Of a DNA stretch of 46,890 bases, positions 34,855 to 44,567 are shown in pieces. The notes beneath the pieces were generated by a model. The model made no database searches, was not told the DNA's origin, and saw only the letters and a list, made by a program, of their open reading frames with translations. Source of the stretch: Elusimicrobiota bacterium (GTDB lineage: Bacteria > Elusimicrobiota > Endomicrobiia > CG1-02-37-114 > JAHJSO01); the NCBI GenBank assembly GCA_043826435.1, contig JBDRQF010000017.1, forward strand, positions 1 to 46,890, read 5' to 3'. The position numbers and the translations under genes are program-made. Numbering within the stretch: the stretch's first letter is position 1; each line of letters starts with the position of its first letter.

Positions 34855-36477
34855 CTAACCGTTGCCTTTTAATACCAATAATCTATAACAGGGGGCACCT
34901 ACACGGTTATGAAACATTCTCTCTTCAATAATCCTTTTTTTGAATACCTCTTTTATTTTCTCGTAACACTGCAATCTTTGGCTTGCGGGGGATAAATTCT
35001 TACTATAGGCGATGAAATACATTTTTCCCTGTTCAGTGGACAGGTGTTTTATTTCTTCACCAAAATCTGATTTACCAATGTAATCGTAAATCAGTTCAAC
35101 GGGTAAAACCCTCCAGTTCGTGATTACTGGCACCGTCCATGATAGTCCCCAGTCAAGTGAATAGGGCCGCCTGATTTCGTTTTTTTCTAAATAGTCGGTC
35201 AAATCATAAATTACTGTTGAAAATACACCATGACCGCCGGTCTTCCCGTATGCCCTGAAATACTGGAAGATTACTGCTGTGTCCAAAGAAATTAGTGCTG
35301 CAAGAAAAACAATTCTTGTAACCTTTTGCCACCTGGATTTTTCCAGGGAATAACCTGCAAACACCGCGACGATAACCTGGGGAACGGGGAATAGAATTCC
35401 GAGCGAGTGTTGTCCGAGCGTTGATATCGTAAAGCAGAGACCGACGAACACAACTGAAAATATAATAAAAAGAAAAATTATTGGTTTCCTGGGTACGACG
35501 GGTACGACCGCCCTTTTTTTAATTAGATAAATTATCCCGAAAACCACTGCCAGGAAAAAAATGGGCGGATAGAGTTCGTTAAAACTAAACGTGTGTGCAA
35601 GCCCCGAGTCCGACATCTCCCAGTAAATAAAACCCCTTAAACAATCAATAAACTGCCGGGCTCTGACAAGAAAATTGTTTATGAAATCCGGGTTTTTGAC
35701 CCCCGCCCAGGTGGGGGCGGTTAAACTGCCCAGTACCAGCCGCACCGTCTGGAAGCCAGAGGTCAGGTTCGCCCATATCAGCGGTGAAGCGCCGAGAACA
35801 AATGAACCGGTGAACTCAACTGATTCCGTTCTGCTGAATCTTATCTTAAACAAAAACTTTATAATAAAAAGGCCGAGTATAAACCAGATAAACGGTATTT
35901 TGGTCCACAAGCCAATGCCCAACAGGAAGGCGCCGCCGTATAGAAAGAATGGACTCCTTTTTTTGACATACAGAGTAAAAAGGTAAAGGGCGAGTAAAAA
36001 AACAACCACCATATACATCTGGCGGGCATCAAGCGGATTCCTGTTCCACATAAGATACGCCGGGCTGACTGCCGTAAGAAGGGATGCAATAAAGGCGGTC
36101 TTCCTGTTAAACCAGTATTCGCAGAGTAAGTACAAAAGAAAAATGCCGAGCAATCCGACGATTATCGTGCTGAGCCGCATAGACAGGACGCCGGGGCCAA
36201 GCGTCAGCAACAGCGGGACATGAAAATACGCGGGCGAGGCGTAATGTCCCTGCATAATTGGAATCTTCTGATTGAACAGGGTGATGTGGGATTCCCCCTC
36301 CCACACATTGTTTTCCTTCAATGCATTCCAGAACCAGTATTGGTTTAACGCCTCGTCGGGATGCACCCCGGGAACCGGGATATTGTATAACGAAAATCCC
36401 AGGAAAATGGCAGAAATTAAAACAACGGGGATATATTTTTGTATGCCTGGATTCGTGCCGGGATTCGGAGTCATTGT
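34855..36477 (-). CDS. GT39/ArnT-PMT-like polytopic membrane glycosyltransferase.
   Basis: Multi-transmembrane protein with an N-terminal DE-containing loop (HPDEALNQYWFW) and a C-terminal soluble domain. Start trimmed to ATG 36477 (MTPNPG) because the first 12 codons of the longer ORF (MMQNLTHDP) are encoded by REP copy E. Confidence 0.65.
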   Translation of the reverse strand, partial: TMTPNPGTNPGIQKYIPVVLISAIFLGFSLYNIPVPGVHPDEALNQYWFWNALKENNVWEGESHITLFNQKIPIMQGHYASPAYFHVPLLLTLGPGVLSMRLSTIIVGLLGIFLLYLLCEYWFNRKTAFIASLLTAVSPAYLMWNRNPLDARQMYMVVVFLLALYLFTLYVKKRSPFFLYGGAFLLGIGLWTKIPFIWFILGLFIIKFLFKIRFSRTESVEFTGSFVLGASPLIWANLTSGFQTVRLVLGSLTAPTWAGVKNPDFINNFLVRARQFIDCLRGFIYWEMSDSGLAHTFSFNELYPPIFFLAVVFGIIYLIKKRAVVPVVPRKPIIFLFIIFSVVFVGLCFTISTLGQHSLGILFPVPQVIVAVFAGYSLEKSRWQKVTRIVFLAALISLDTAVIFQYFRAYGKTGGHGVFSTVIYDLTDYLEKNEIRRPYSLDWGLSWTVPVITNWRVLPVELIYDYIGKSDFGEEIKHLSTEQGKMYFIAYSKNLSPASQRLQCYEKIKEVFKKRIIEERMFHNRVGAPCYRLLVLKGNG

Positions 36478-36494
36478 GCCACCTTTGGGATCAT

Positions 36495-36519
36495 GGGTCA
36501 GGTTTTGCATCATTTGACA
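36495..36519 (+). repeat. REP-like repeat, copy E (gggtcaggttttgcatcatttgaca).
   Basis: Sits at the 5' end of the GT39-like gene. Confidence 0.65.
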
Positions 36520-36552
36520 AACGGGCGGGCATTAAGATTGTTTTGGCTTACA

Positions 36553-37368
36553 TTATGCGATTGTATTTGTCGCCCGTTTTTTCAGGAACAATGCCCCCAT
36601 GAAATGTTCTTTGGGGCAATCGTCAGTCAATTTTGTGTTGCCGTAGATACTCAAGCCCGACGGATTAATAATATCTGTCTTGATTTTCCTAAACATGCTA
36701 AAACGTAATCCATTGTCCCCGGACTTTTCAAGTTGTCCTCTTTTTTCATCGTAGTCAAAAGTCAGTCCCAGAATACCGTTTATTTTTAAGACGCGTCCCA
36801 TTTCCCTGCTTACTTTTTGGCGTTCAGAAGAAGGCAGGTGTTCCAAAACGGATATGCAGAAAACATGGTCAAAGTAATTATTCTGAAAAGGGAATGGAAG
36901 AGTTATGTTTCTCTTAAAGATACGCATGTTCCAACCCATTTTCTTATTTACATATTGCGCATTAGAAACAAGACCATAGTTAAACCAGTCAATATCAATT
37001 ACAAAAACCTCACAACCTTTGCTTGCCAGATAAAATGAAAATATCGTTGAAGCACCGCCTACATCAAGCACACTTTCCTTCCCGGTTATTTTACAGTTTG
37101 ATATAATCCAGGCATTTTCCCACAATTTGTTACGCTCTGCACCAAGATCTACCGTAGAAAAGTCACCAATCCATGTGGAATATTTTAGTCCCTTCCTGGA
37201 TAAGATTTCTTTTAACCGCTCAATTTCATTAGCAATACGGCTAACCTGCTTAATTTTGAAATCTTCTTCCAGTTGTAACCAGGATTTATTGATCGGCGGA
37301 TAGTTGTCGGTCAACATTTCTGGTTCAAACAAAGAAATTTTAGAAAAATGGCCTTTACATGCTTTCAT
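36553..37368 (-). CDS. Class I SAM-dependent methyltransferase.
   Basis: VLDVGGASTIFSFYLASKGCEVFVIDID glycine loop and acidic residue. Confidence 0.7.
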   Translation of the reverse strand: MKACKGHFSKISLFEPEMLTDNYPPINKSWLQLEEDFKIKQVSRIANEIERLKEILSRKGLKYSTWIGDFSTVDLGAERNKLWENAWIISNCKITGKESVLDVGGASTIFSFYLASKGCEVFVIDIDWFNYGLVSNAQYVNKKMGWNMRIFKRNITLPFPFQNNYFDHVFCISVLEHLPSSERQKVSREMGRVLKINGILGLTFDYDEKRGQLEKSGDNGLRFSMFRKIKTDIINPSGLSIYGNTKLTDDCPKEHFMGALFLKKRATNTIA

Positions 37369-37698
37369 TTTTTTACTTAAAGCCCATTAGGTCTTTTTCT
37401 CTACGCTCAATCCTATAATGCTCTTGCATTAAACTAATACACACTCTTCGACTCAAAAAGCCACGTACGGACATCCCTTCAAGACAATTTACATTTATAC
37501 GATCCTTTGAATCAAAATTAAATGTCATTTTATTTTCTCTTCATGTGAACATAGATAGCCGTCAACCCATCGGCCTCACGTCCGTCCTATTAGTGAACTT
37601 CGCACATAAGTCTGACAAAAACCGTTTACGATAGTTGGCGTCAATGTAATATGTGAATTTCAATAGTGAGATGAACCCTACCGACTATATCCAATTAA

Positions 37699-38520
37699 CT
37701 ATTTTCCGTAAGTTGTTAAACCAAGATTGATGTAAAAATTGTCGAAAGAAGTCACAAAAACATGGTAGGTATCAATACTGCCCGCATACAGATAAAGTTT
37801 CGCAGATGAGTCTGAAACGACAATACTTTTCCCTATGGGTTGCCAGTGTCCTCGTTTTGATTCCTTTAACCTTTCATTGTAACTTTTCATTAATTCTTCA
37901 TTTAGTTTCCCAAATTCTTGTCCTGTAATAATCCCTGTTTTTAATAGTTCAACTAAAAGAGAATGTTCTTGTTGCCTATCTACAATTAAATCTTTCGGGT
38001 CTATTTTATACATAAAACTAAGAGACACCCCACTTCTTGCTATCCGAAATTGTCCTTGCATTGCTCTGACAACTCTAAAGGCAACCCATCCTCCTTCGCT
38101 TGGTGCCCACAATAAGATCCCTTCGTATCCTTCCGGGAATCTGATTCTCGTCAAGTGGTAACTCCTGTCATTTATACTCACACCCATTACTGCCCCATCG
38201 AGATGGTCATTTTGTGTAACCCGAAGCCAATTGCCCCAGCCCTGTTCTATATTCCAGTCAACCTGAACATCGAAGTCTCTAAGAAATTCCCAGCGTGAAG
38301 TAACATTGCCTTTAGAGATTAAATAATCTTTACTTGTTGAAACTATCAACTTGTCATTTTGAGTCACTGTGGCACCGCCATCTGCATAAACTTCCCACTT
38401 GTTATTATCAATAACAGTTCCATCGAATGTGTCATTGGGCAAAGTTGTTGCACCAATAGTCATCGCCATTAAACTCATTACCAGTACTCCTATTAAATTT
38501 AAAACCATGTGTTTGTTCAT
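37699..38520 (-). CDS. Secreted hypothetical protein with a signal peptide, in an AT-rich islet.
   Basis: N-terminal MNKHMVLNLIGVLVMSLMAMTIGA hydrophobic leader. Beta-rich sequence with no recognisable catalytic motif. Lower GC than its surroundings. Confidence 0.5.
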   Translation of the reverse strand: MNKHMVLNLIGVLVMSLMAMTIGATTLPNDTFDGTVIDNNKWEVYADGGATVTQNDKLIVSTSKDYLISKGNVTSRWEFLRDFDVQVDWNIEQGWGNWLRVTQNDHLDGAVMGVSINDRSYHLTRIRFPEGYEGILLWAPSEGGWVAFRVVRAMQGQFRIARSGVSLSFMYKIDPKDLIVDRQQEHSLLVELLKTGIITGQEFGKLNEELMKSYNERLKESKRGHWQPIGKSIVVSDSSAKLYLYAGSIDTYHVFVTSFDNFYINLGLTTYGK

Positions 38521-38630
38521 TGTTTTTTAACCTCCTTACTTGCAGAAAATTGAGATAGGCGGAACTTTATTGTTTCTTCTTTACGCCTCCTTTAAAGTTC
38601 AAATTGCCTATCAGGGGGGGCACGAGTCAT

Positions 38631-38654
38631 GGGGTCAGGTCTTGACATTTGACA
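38631..38654 (+). repeat. REP-like repeat, copy F (ggggtcaggtcttgacatttgaca), immediately 3' of the transposase gene. It is inverted relative to copy G on the other side.
   Basis: Exact consensus copy. Confidence 0.7.
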
Positions 38655-38655
38655 T

Positions 38656-39606
38656 TCATATCTTTGACTCGATTCTTTTCAGTATATTGCTTAATCGTCG
38701 GTCAATTTTACATTTTTCTTCCAACCTCTTCACAATCTTGGTTATACTTGAATAGTGAAGTCCACCAAAAATATCCGAAAGTATCTTTAATCTCATGTCG
38801 GTGTATTTTCTTAAAAAATATATCGCCATTTTTCGCGGTCCACCTTTATTCTTGAATATTTTATCCATAGAAATTCCATAATGATTACTCACCAGAGTAA
38901 GAATTTCTTCTTTTGATTTTCTCTCCTTAAGTTTTCTACACAAAGGGATTTCCCGGTCTATTTTAACCTTTGAAATCCTTTGTTTTATTTCCTGGGTAAA
39001 TTCTTTCGTGCCGACTATGAGTTGCCCGTATATCTTTTCCCTAATCTTATCCCAAGTAATCCCCCTACCTTCCATGCAAAATTGTTTATACATTCGTTGG
39101 GCCTTTTGCTTTTCAGCAGAAAATCTGCTCAATATCCAATCAGTATTTACCACTTCACCAGCCCTCATACCGAGATAGTCACGAGAACTGCTCATTCGGT
39201 AATTCTCAACTTTGTGCACTAAACCCGCACGCAAAGGATTCAGGTGGATATACCGCGTTAGTTCCAGAAGATAATTTTCCCTGTCAACAATTAATGCTCT
39301 ATACCTACCTTGAAACAAATGACCTACACGGGCATACTTACGATTGAAATAAATCGTATAAAGTGTCTGGATAAAGTGCATCGCTCTGGTTAAATTCGCT
39401 CCCCGGGTTTCAACCAATAAATGGTAGTGATTCGGCATAAAAACATAAGCGTAGAAAATCAACTGATATCGCTCTTTTACCTGACACAATATTTCAAACA
39501 ACTTACGGTAATCACTTTTTTCTCTAAATATTTGCCTCCGTTCGTTACCTCGCGCCGTAACATGATATACTGCCCCGGCAAACTCTAATCTAAGCGGTCT
39601 CGCCAT
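38656..39606 (-). CDS. REP-associated tyrosine transposase-like protein: IS200-like Y1 HUH domain plus a C-terminal DnaA-C-like helix-turn-helix domain.
   Basis: YHVTARGN, the HUH motif MPNHYHLLVE and the catalytic-Tyr region ENYRMSS. The C-terminal 90 aa (AIYFLRKYTDMRLKILSDIFGGLHYSSITKIVKRLEE) resemble the DnaA C-terminal DNA-binding domain. Flanked by inverted REP-like copies F and G. Confidence 0.7.
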   Translation of the reverse strand: MARPLRLEFAGAVYHVTARGNERRQIFREKSDYRKLFEILCQVKERYQLIFYAYVFMPNHYHLLVETRGANLTRAMHFIQTLYTIYFNRKYARVGHLFQGRYRALIVDRENYLLELTRYIHLNPLRAGLVHKVENYRMSSSRDYLGMRAGEVVNTDWILSRFSAEKQKAQRMYKQFCMEGRGITWDKIREKIYGQLIVGTKEFTQEIKQRISKVKIDREIPLCRKLKERKSKEEILTLVSNHYGISMDKIFKNKGGPRKMAIYFLRKYTDMRLKILSDIFGGLHYSSITKIVKRLEEKCKIDRRLSNILKRIESKI

Positions 39607-39690
39607 CTCAATTAAATCTTATCTAATTGTTTGTGAAATGTCAAGCACTATGACTTTTATGTTTGGCTTTTACTAATGCTACTAAAAATT

Positions 39691-39738
39691 TGTCAAATGT
39701 CAAGACCTGACCCCATTGACCTGACCCCATTGACCTAG
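39691..39738 (-). repeat. REP-like repeat, copy G (tgtcaaatgtcaagacctgacccc plus a duplicated attgacctgaccccattgacc tail).
   Basis: Lies between the transposase start and the radical SAM gene stop. Confidence 0.7.
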
Positions 39739-41337
39739 TCATCGGGATACTTCGCATGCCCATTCGTTATAAAGTTTTTTTATTTTGACCTTATCGTCAA
39801 ACAATGAATAGAGATAAAAAAGCACGGATTCTGTTTCATACGACCAGAAGCCGCCCCGCGTCTGTGTTATTACTCTCGTGCAGGATGAAGCAATCTGTTT
39901 CATTTTTTCTTCCCACTTAAGCCCGTCAATCTCGTCAAATGCAAAATTGAACGGATAGTTGTCAACCAGTTCCCGCGTTTTCAGCGAAGCGTATTTATGA
40001 ATCGGCTTGACATTCGTTATGCCGTATCTCCCCGGAAATTTGGACATCAAACTGCTTCCGTCTAAAAAATACGGGTTAAAAAAAACAGTATCAATATGGC
40101 TTTCATTACGAAGCAGAAAATCAATAGTCAGGCGTATATCCTCTTCTTTCTCACCCGGCAGTCCCGCAATTATTTCCAGCCCGTTCCAGATCCCTATATC
40201 ATCGGCGATTTTTAACATCTCCTCCGCTTTCTGAACCGTTATGCCTTTATTGATATATCTCAGCAACCTCGGACTGCCCGTTTCAAGTCCCCATATAAGG
40301 CGGACAGCCCCTGCCCGCCTCATTTTTTCTAATATACCCTTATCAAGATATGTAAAGTTGGCGCAGTCAGTCCAGTAAAGTTTCAGTCCTCTTCTTATGA
40401 TTTCGTCGCAGAACGCATTGATAAACTCCCTGGAGAAATTGGCGGTAGAATGCAAAAAGAAAAAATAGTTCGTCCTGTATTTTTCAGACAGGGATTGGAT
40501 ATAATCCACCGCCCGGGTGGCTTCAAGACAAACCAGATTTTTTTCTTTCGCCGACTCGCAACAGAAGGCGCACCTGAAAGGGCACCCGATAATATGCCTG
40601 AACGGCAGTATGAGAATGTCTCTTTTTTCAAGATTGTGTTTTTTTGTAAAAAAATCGTCTCTCCAGATATATTTGTCCAGCGGTATGCCGTCAAAGTCGG
40701 GGCAGGGCAGAACAATGGGAGTTGTATTCGGGTTTGAATACATAACACCATCTTTTAAGTAGGATAACCCCGGGATATTGTCAACGTCCCTGCCTGACTC
40801 AACCGCCCTTATGAAACATTCCGACAACACTTCCCCGTGCTCGCTACCGAGATAATCAATTATCCCTTCCCGCATACCAATTTCCAGTTCGGCACCGCTC
40901 CCGCCCCCTGCGATAATTTTACAACCGGTTTTTTCTTTTAATATTTTTGCTATTACCAGTGTTGATAACAACGGGCTAATATCTATCAGGGAAGGGATGG
41001 AAAGCAAGATTAAATCAAAACTATCAACGTTGCTCTTTTTTAATATATTTTCCCCGACATTCTCCAATTCAGAATCCCTGCTGCCATTTATGAAATTCAT
41101 AACCCTTTCCTTATCATGAAAAATTTTACCGTCCACCCTTCCGGAATAATCTGTATTGTAAACATTGTCATAATGCACTTTCACGTTCAGGTCGTCCTGT
41201 TCAATGCCAATACCTTTACCTCTCAAATAGGAAGTAATGACCGCGGGAGCAAGCGGAGGAAAGTTTTCGCACTTCATTTTCTGATTACTCTGTTTAATAT
41301 ATGAATAGTGCGGAACTCTCAGTAATTTAATTTTCAT
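39739..41337 (-). CDS. B12-binding-domain radical SAM enzyme (class B).
   Basis: N-terminal Rossmann-like B12-binding region. CPFRCAFC CxxxCxxC cluster. About 530 aa. Confidence 0.75.
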   Translation of the reverse strand: MKIKLLRVPHYSYIKQSNQKMKCENFPPLAPAVITSYLRGKGIGIEQDDLNVKVHYDNVYNTDYSGRVDGKIFHDKERVMNFINGSRDSELENVGENILKKSNVDSFDLILLSIPSLIDISPLLSTLVIAKILKEKTGCKIIAGGGSGAELEIGMREGIIDYLGSEHGEVLSECFIRAVESGRDVDNIPGLSYLKDGVMYSNPNTTPIVLPCPDFDGIPLDKYIWRDDFFTKKHNLEKRDILILPFRHIIGCPFRCAFCCESAKEKNLVCLEATRAVDYIQSLSEKYRTNYFFFLHSTANFSREFINAFCDEIIRRGLKLYWTDCANFTYLDKGILEKMRRAGAVRLIWGLETGSPRLLRYINKGITVQKAEEMLKIADDIGIWNGLEIIAGLPGEKEEDIRLTIDFLLRNESHIDTVFFNPYFLDGSSLMSKFPGRYGITNVKPIHKYASLKTRELVDNYPFNFAFDEIDGLKWEEKMKQIASSCTRVITQTRGGFWSYETESVLFYLYSLFDDKVKIKKLYNEWACEVSR

Positions 41338-41384
41338 TTTTTTTCGCCACCGATTCTCCGCCTGCTATGCCCTCTGCTGTTATT

Positions 41385-41428
41385 TGTCAAATGATGCAAG
41401 ACCTGACCCCATTCAGACCCCATTCAGG
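41385..41428 (-). repeat. REP-like repeat, copy H (tgtcaaatgatgcaagacctgacccc plus tail attcagaccccattcagg).
   Basis: Same orientation as copy I, about 85 bp away. Confidence 0.7.
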
Positions 41429-41470
41429 CATTGGCGTCCTTCTCTCGCCTTGCGCCTCCACCGTCGGAAA

Positions 41471-41550
41471 TGTCAAATGTCAAGACCTGACCCCATATCT
41501 CCACACTGACCCCATATCTCATATCTGTGACCCCGTCACCCACAGGGAGA
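41471..41550 (-). repeat. REP-like repeat, copy I (tgtcaaatgtcaagacctgacccc plus a three-times repeated gaccccat tail).
   Basis: Consensus core with a longer degenerate tail. Confidence 0.7.
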
Positions 41551-41576
41551 TTGCTTCGGGGCTTCGCCCCTCGCAA
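41547..41576. repeat. GC-rich hairpin motif, copy 2 (ATTGCTTCGGGGCTTCGCCCCTCGCAA), 3' of the fused MFS/spermidine-synthase gene.
   Basis: Near-identical to the copy at 11821-11848. Confidence 0.5.
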
Positions 41577-41588
41577 CGACATTGACAC

Positions 41589-44423
41589 TCACCTGCTGAA
41601 ATACTGCGCCCTGTTGTAGTACTCCTTTGCTTTATCGCTTATACCCTTCGCCTCGTAACAATATGCCGCATCCAAATAGCCGATTTTTCTGTCAGGCAGG
41701 ATTTCAATAACCTTTTCAAAATATTTTATTGCCTCGTCGGGGTTATTTTCTTGTAAATAATAATAGCCGAGATTTCTGTATGATTCCCAGTCATACGCAT
41801 CGTACTCAATCCTCTTTAATTGTGTGTCTATAAATCTTTTAAACTGTCCGAACGCAAAATATTCGGCAATCCGGTCATCGGGATTATTTGTGGAGGCAAT
41901 TTTATATTCTTTCTTTGCCCTGTCTATTTTTTCATGCAACTGAAATGTTTGTCCCAGGATTACTCTTCTTGAAGACATAAAATGCAGGTTCAACTCTGCC
42001 TTTTCTTTCGGCGAGATGTTGAATACATACGGTTTGATTTCTTCCTTTCTTATAAAAACATCAACAAGATTTGAAATCAGGGTAAGATGCTGAGCGCCCG
42101 CACCTTCAGACACAGAGAATTCAATATGGGCCAGATTATCTGTATTTATTTGTTTTATATCTTCAACCAATCCCGAGAGTTTTTTTTCACCCATCATAAA
42201 ATTGCTCAAAAAAGTATATGGGTTATCCAGATAGACACCTGCAAGTTGATTTTTAACCTCCGGGACGTTCATTCTTTTTTTCAACAACCGAAAATCAATA
42301 GATAAGGGTTTTTTATGCCCTGTCAAAATAGTGTGACAGTTTACAGGGGCATACCACATATAAGCATCGGGAAAAACACTGATAAATGTTTTTATTATCA
42401 ATTGATAATCGTATGTGCTGTTTACATGCAGAGGTAACCAGATACAAATTACCCCATCATCATTGAGTTTATCTTTACAATATTGATAAAATTCTTTTGT
42501 ATAAAGTTGGGCGCTGCCGTAAACATTAGGATGTATAGGGTCTGCAGAAATCACATCATATTTTTTGTTGGTTGACAGAATATGATTCCTGCCGTCCTCA
42601 ATGATTAGATTCAATCCGGGGTAGTTGGACACATCCCTGTTTTCTTTAGCGAAATGAACCTTTGACCCCTCGGGTACACCCGGGGAAATTTCAACTATGT
42701 CTAAATTGACATTGTGTCGGGCTATGGCGCCGGATGTTACCCCTGCTCCAAAACCAATAACGAGCGCATTCTTCGGGTCGGGATGGAGCAACATCGGAAT
42801 GTCCCCAAGCAATATATACAACTGAACATCATTGGTATCCGCAACCTGTTTTCCGTTAACACTTATTATTCTGAAATCCGTTGCGGGCTCCTGATATATG
42901 GTTGTGGTAACACTCGGGCATTCCTTATAGTAAAGCAATTTATCTGCGCGGGGGATTTCTGACTGGACAAGCGGTGTTGAGGGAACAAATAAACTGCCGG
43001 TAAAAACGAATAAAACGAATATCAGCACAAGATTCTTTGTTTTTCCTTTAACCTGGCTATCAGAAAAAAAGAGCACTGTGCCAATAGTGAGGTTCATCGC
43101 TGAAATAAGAATAAGGCATTTCTGGATACCTATAAGCGGGATAAATGCAAAGCCCGTTATGAAAGAACCGAATATAGCCCCGACGGTATCAATAGAATAA
43201 ATTTTTCCGAAAGTCCCGCCAAGTTTATTCAGATGCTGTATATATATTTTGCTGGCAAGCGGTATAATCATACCTATAAGTATAGTGGGGATAAGCATTA
43301 TGATAGAAGATATTAGGAATTCTTCAGCCCTGTAATGCCACCATGCGGATGTTTTGAATGTATTCTGAAACCAAATGTCCACTACCGAGAGATGTTTACC
43401 AATTTCAAGCGATGCAATTGATGTGATTCCAATAAGTATAGAGAGCACACCATACAATGCCAGCCCTTTTTTGAATCTGTGAAATAACCATGCAAAAATA
43501 ATGCTGCCGAGACCAAGACCCCCCAGAAAAGTTGTGAGCATAATGGTAAAAGTATAGACAGCATTATCCAGATAAATGGACAGAATCCTTATCCACAGTA
43601 TTTCATAAGAAAGTGCAGCGAAACCGGAGACAAAAAGGGCAATCAGAATAAGATTGGGATGGGCGGGGTGGGGGCTGGCTTTGGTGTCGGGGTAACCGAC
43701 ATTGACGCTGGCTTTGGCATTTTCTTGCTCGGTAATTAACTCTCGTTTTGAACTTTTTGACATAATCAAACCAATAACACCAAGCATAGTGTTTATAATT
43801 GAGGATGTCAAGACAGTCAGGTTCATCCCTAACAGTTTAATCATAAAAAAACCCGAGACAAAACAGCCAACAACCGCTCCAAGGGTGCTTATACCATAGA
43901 GAATACCTATATCGCGTCCCAGGATATGCTGAAATGTCGGGATGGATTTATCTTTAGTCGGTTGCAAGTTGGCATGGCGGGTACTTATGTAGTATTTAAC
44001 AACAACAGGAAAAGTCCCTCCTAACAGTGCAGATGGCACAATCAACAATAAAAATGAAAATAAAAATCTGAATATGCTGAAAACATAAAACGATGTGTGG
44101 AAATTGTTATACAGCAATGTATAAATATTGTTCATAAACCCCAGAAGGTAAGGCAAAAATATCCCGCAGACGGCAACTGCAAAATTCAAATAGGCGAAAA
44201 TTTTAAGCGGGTTGTGTCTATCGGAAAGTCGGCCACAGATATAACTTCCAACTGCAAGCCCTCCCATAAAAGCGGACAGGACAGCACTCACACCAAAAAC
44301 ACTATTGCCGAATATACGGGTTAAAAGCCTCACCCACACAACCTGATATATCAAACCGGTTGCACCTGCAATAAAAACAAGAAAACCAATTAGAAGTGAG
44401 CCGAATAATTTTTTGTTTTTCAT
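41589..44423 (-). CDS. Fused multi-transmembrane (MFS-like) domain plus a spermidine-synthase-like aminopropyltransferase domain, with a C-terminal TPR region.
   Basis: About 14 transmembrane helices. The SpeE-type Rossmann domain reads LVIGFGAGVTSGAIARH...DVISADPIHP...GVICIWLPLH. The C-terminus has TPR-like helices (YDWESYRNLGYYYLQENNPDEAIKYFEKVIEI). Confidence 0.7.
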   Translation of the reverse strand: MKNKKLFGSLLIGFLVFIAGATGLIYQVVWVRLLTRIFGNSVFGVSAVLSAFMGGLAVGSYICGRLSDRHNPLKIFAYLNFAVAVCGIFLPYLLGFMNNIYTLLYNNFHTSFYVFSIFRFLFSFLLLIVPSALLGGTFPVVVKYYISTRHANLQPTKDKSIPTFQHILGRDIGILYGISTLGAVVGCFVSGFFMIKLLGMNLTVLTSSIINTMLGVIGLIMSKSSKRELITEQENAKASVNVGYPDTKASPHPAHPNLILIALFVSGFAALSYEILWIRILSIYLDNAVYTFTIMLTTFLGGLGLGSIIFAWLFHRFKKGLALYGVLSILIGITSIASLEIGKHLSVVDIWFQNTFKTSAWWHYRAEEFLISSIIMLIPTILIGMIIPLASKIYIQHLNKLGGTFGKIYSIDTVGAIFGSFITGFAFIPLIGIQKCLILISAMNLTIGTVLFFSDSQVKGKTKNLVLIFVLFVFTGSLFVPSTPLVQSEIPRADKLLYYKECPSVTTTIYQEPATDFRIISVNGKQVADTNDVQLYILLGDIPMLLHPDPKNALVIGFGAGVTSGAIARHNVNLDIVEISPGVPEGSKVHFAKENRDVSNYPGLNLIIEDGRNHILSTNKKYDVISADPIHPNVYGSAQLYTKEFYQYCKDKLNDDGVICIWLPLHVNSTYDYQLIIKTFISVFPDAYMWYAPVNCHTILTGHKKPLSIDFRLLKKRMNVPEVKNQLAGVYLDNPYTFLSNFMMGEKKLSGLVEDIKQINTDNLAHIEFSVSEGAGAQHLTLISNLVDVFIRKEEIKPYVFNISPKEKAELNLHFMSSRRVILGQTFQLHEKIDRAKKEYKIASTNNPDDRIAEYFAFGQFKRFIDTQLKRIEYDAYDWESYRNLGYYYLQENNPDEAIKYFEKVIEILPDRKIGYLDAAYCYEAKGISDKAKEYYNRAQYFSR

Positions 44424-44567
44424 CGCTATTCCTTTTGCAAAATTTCAATAAATAATATATAATAATCAGGTAAAAGTCAAGTAAACAGAAAGGGCAACGG
44501 ACATTTGTAAACACCGACAGGCGAAATATTTAATTGCCATAGCCCCGAGTTAAAGAAGTGTTTATCG

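Noticed and set aside
36478-36513. First 12 codons (MMQNLTHDPKGG) of the GT39-like ORF.
   Set aside because: Encoded by REP-like copy E. The internal ATG 36477 (MTPNPG) is the more plausible start.
41367-41585. 72-aa plus-strand ORF in the track.
   Set aside because: It is encoded almost entirely by REP-like repeat copies H and I and the GC hairpin (translated as CQMMQDLTPF and VKCQDLTPY). No start context; a repeat artefact.
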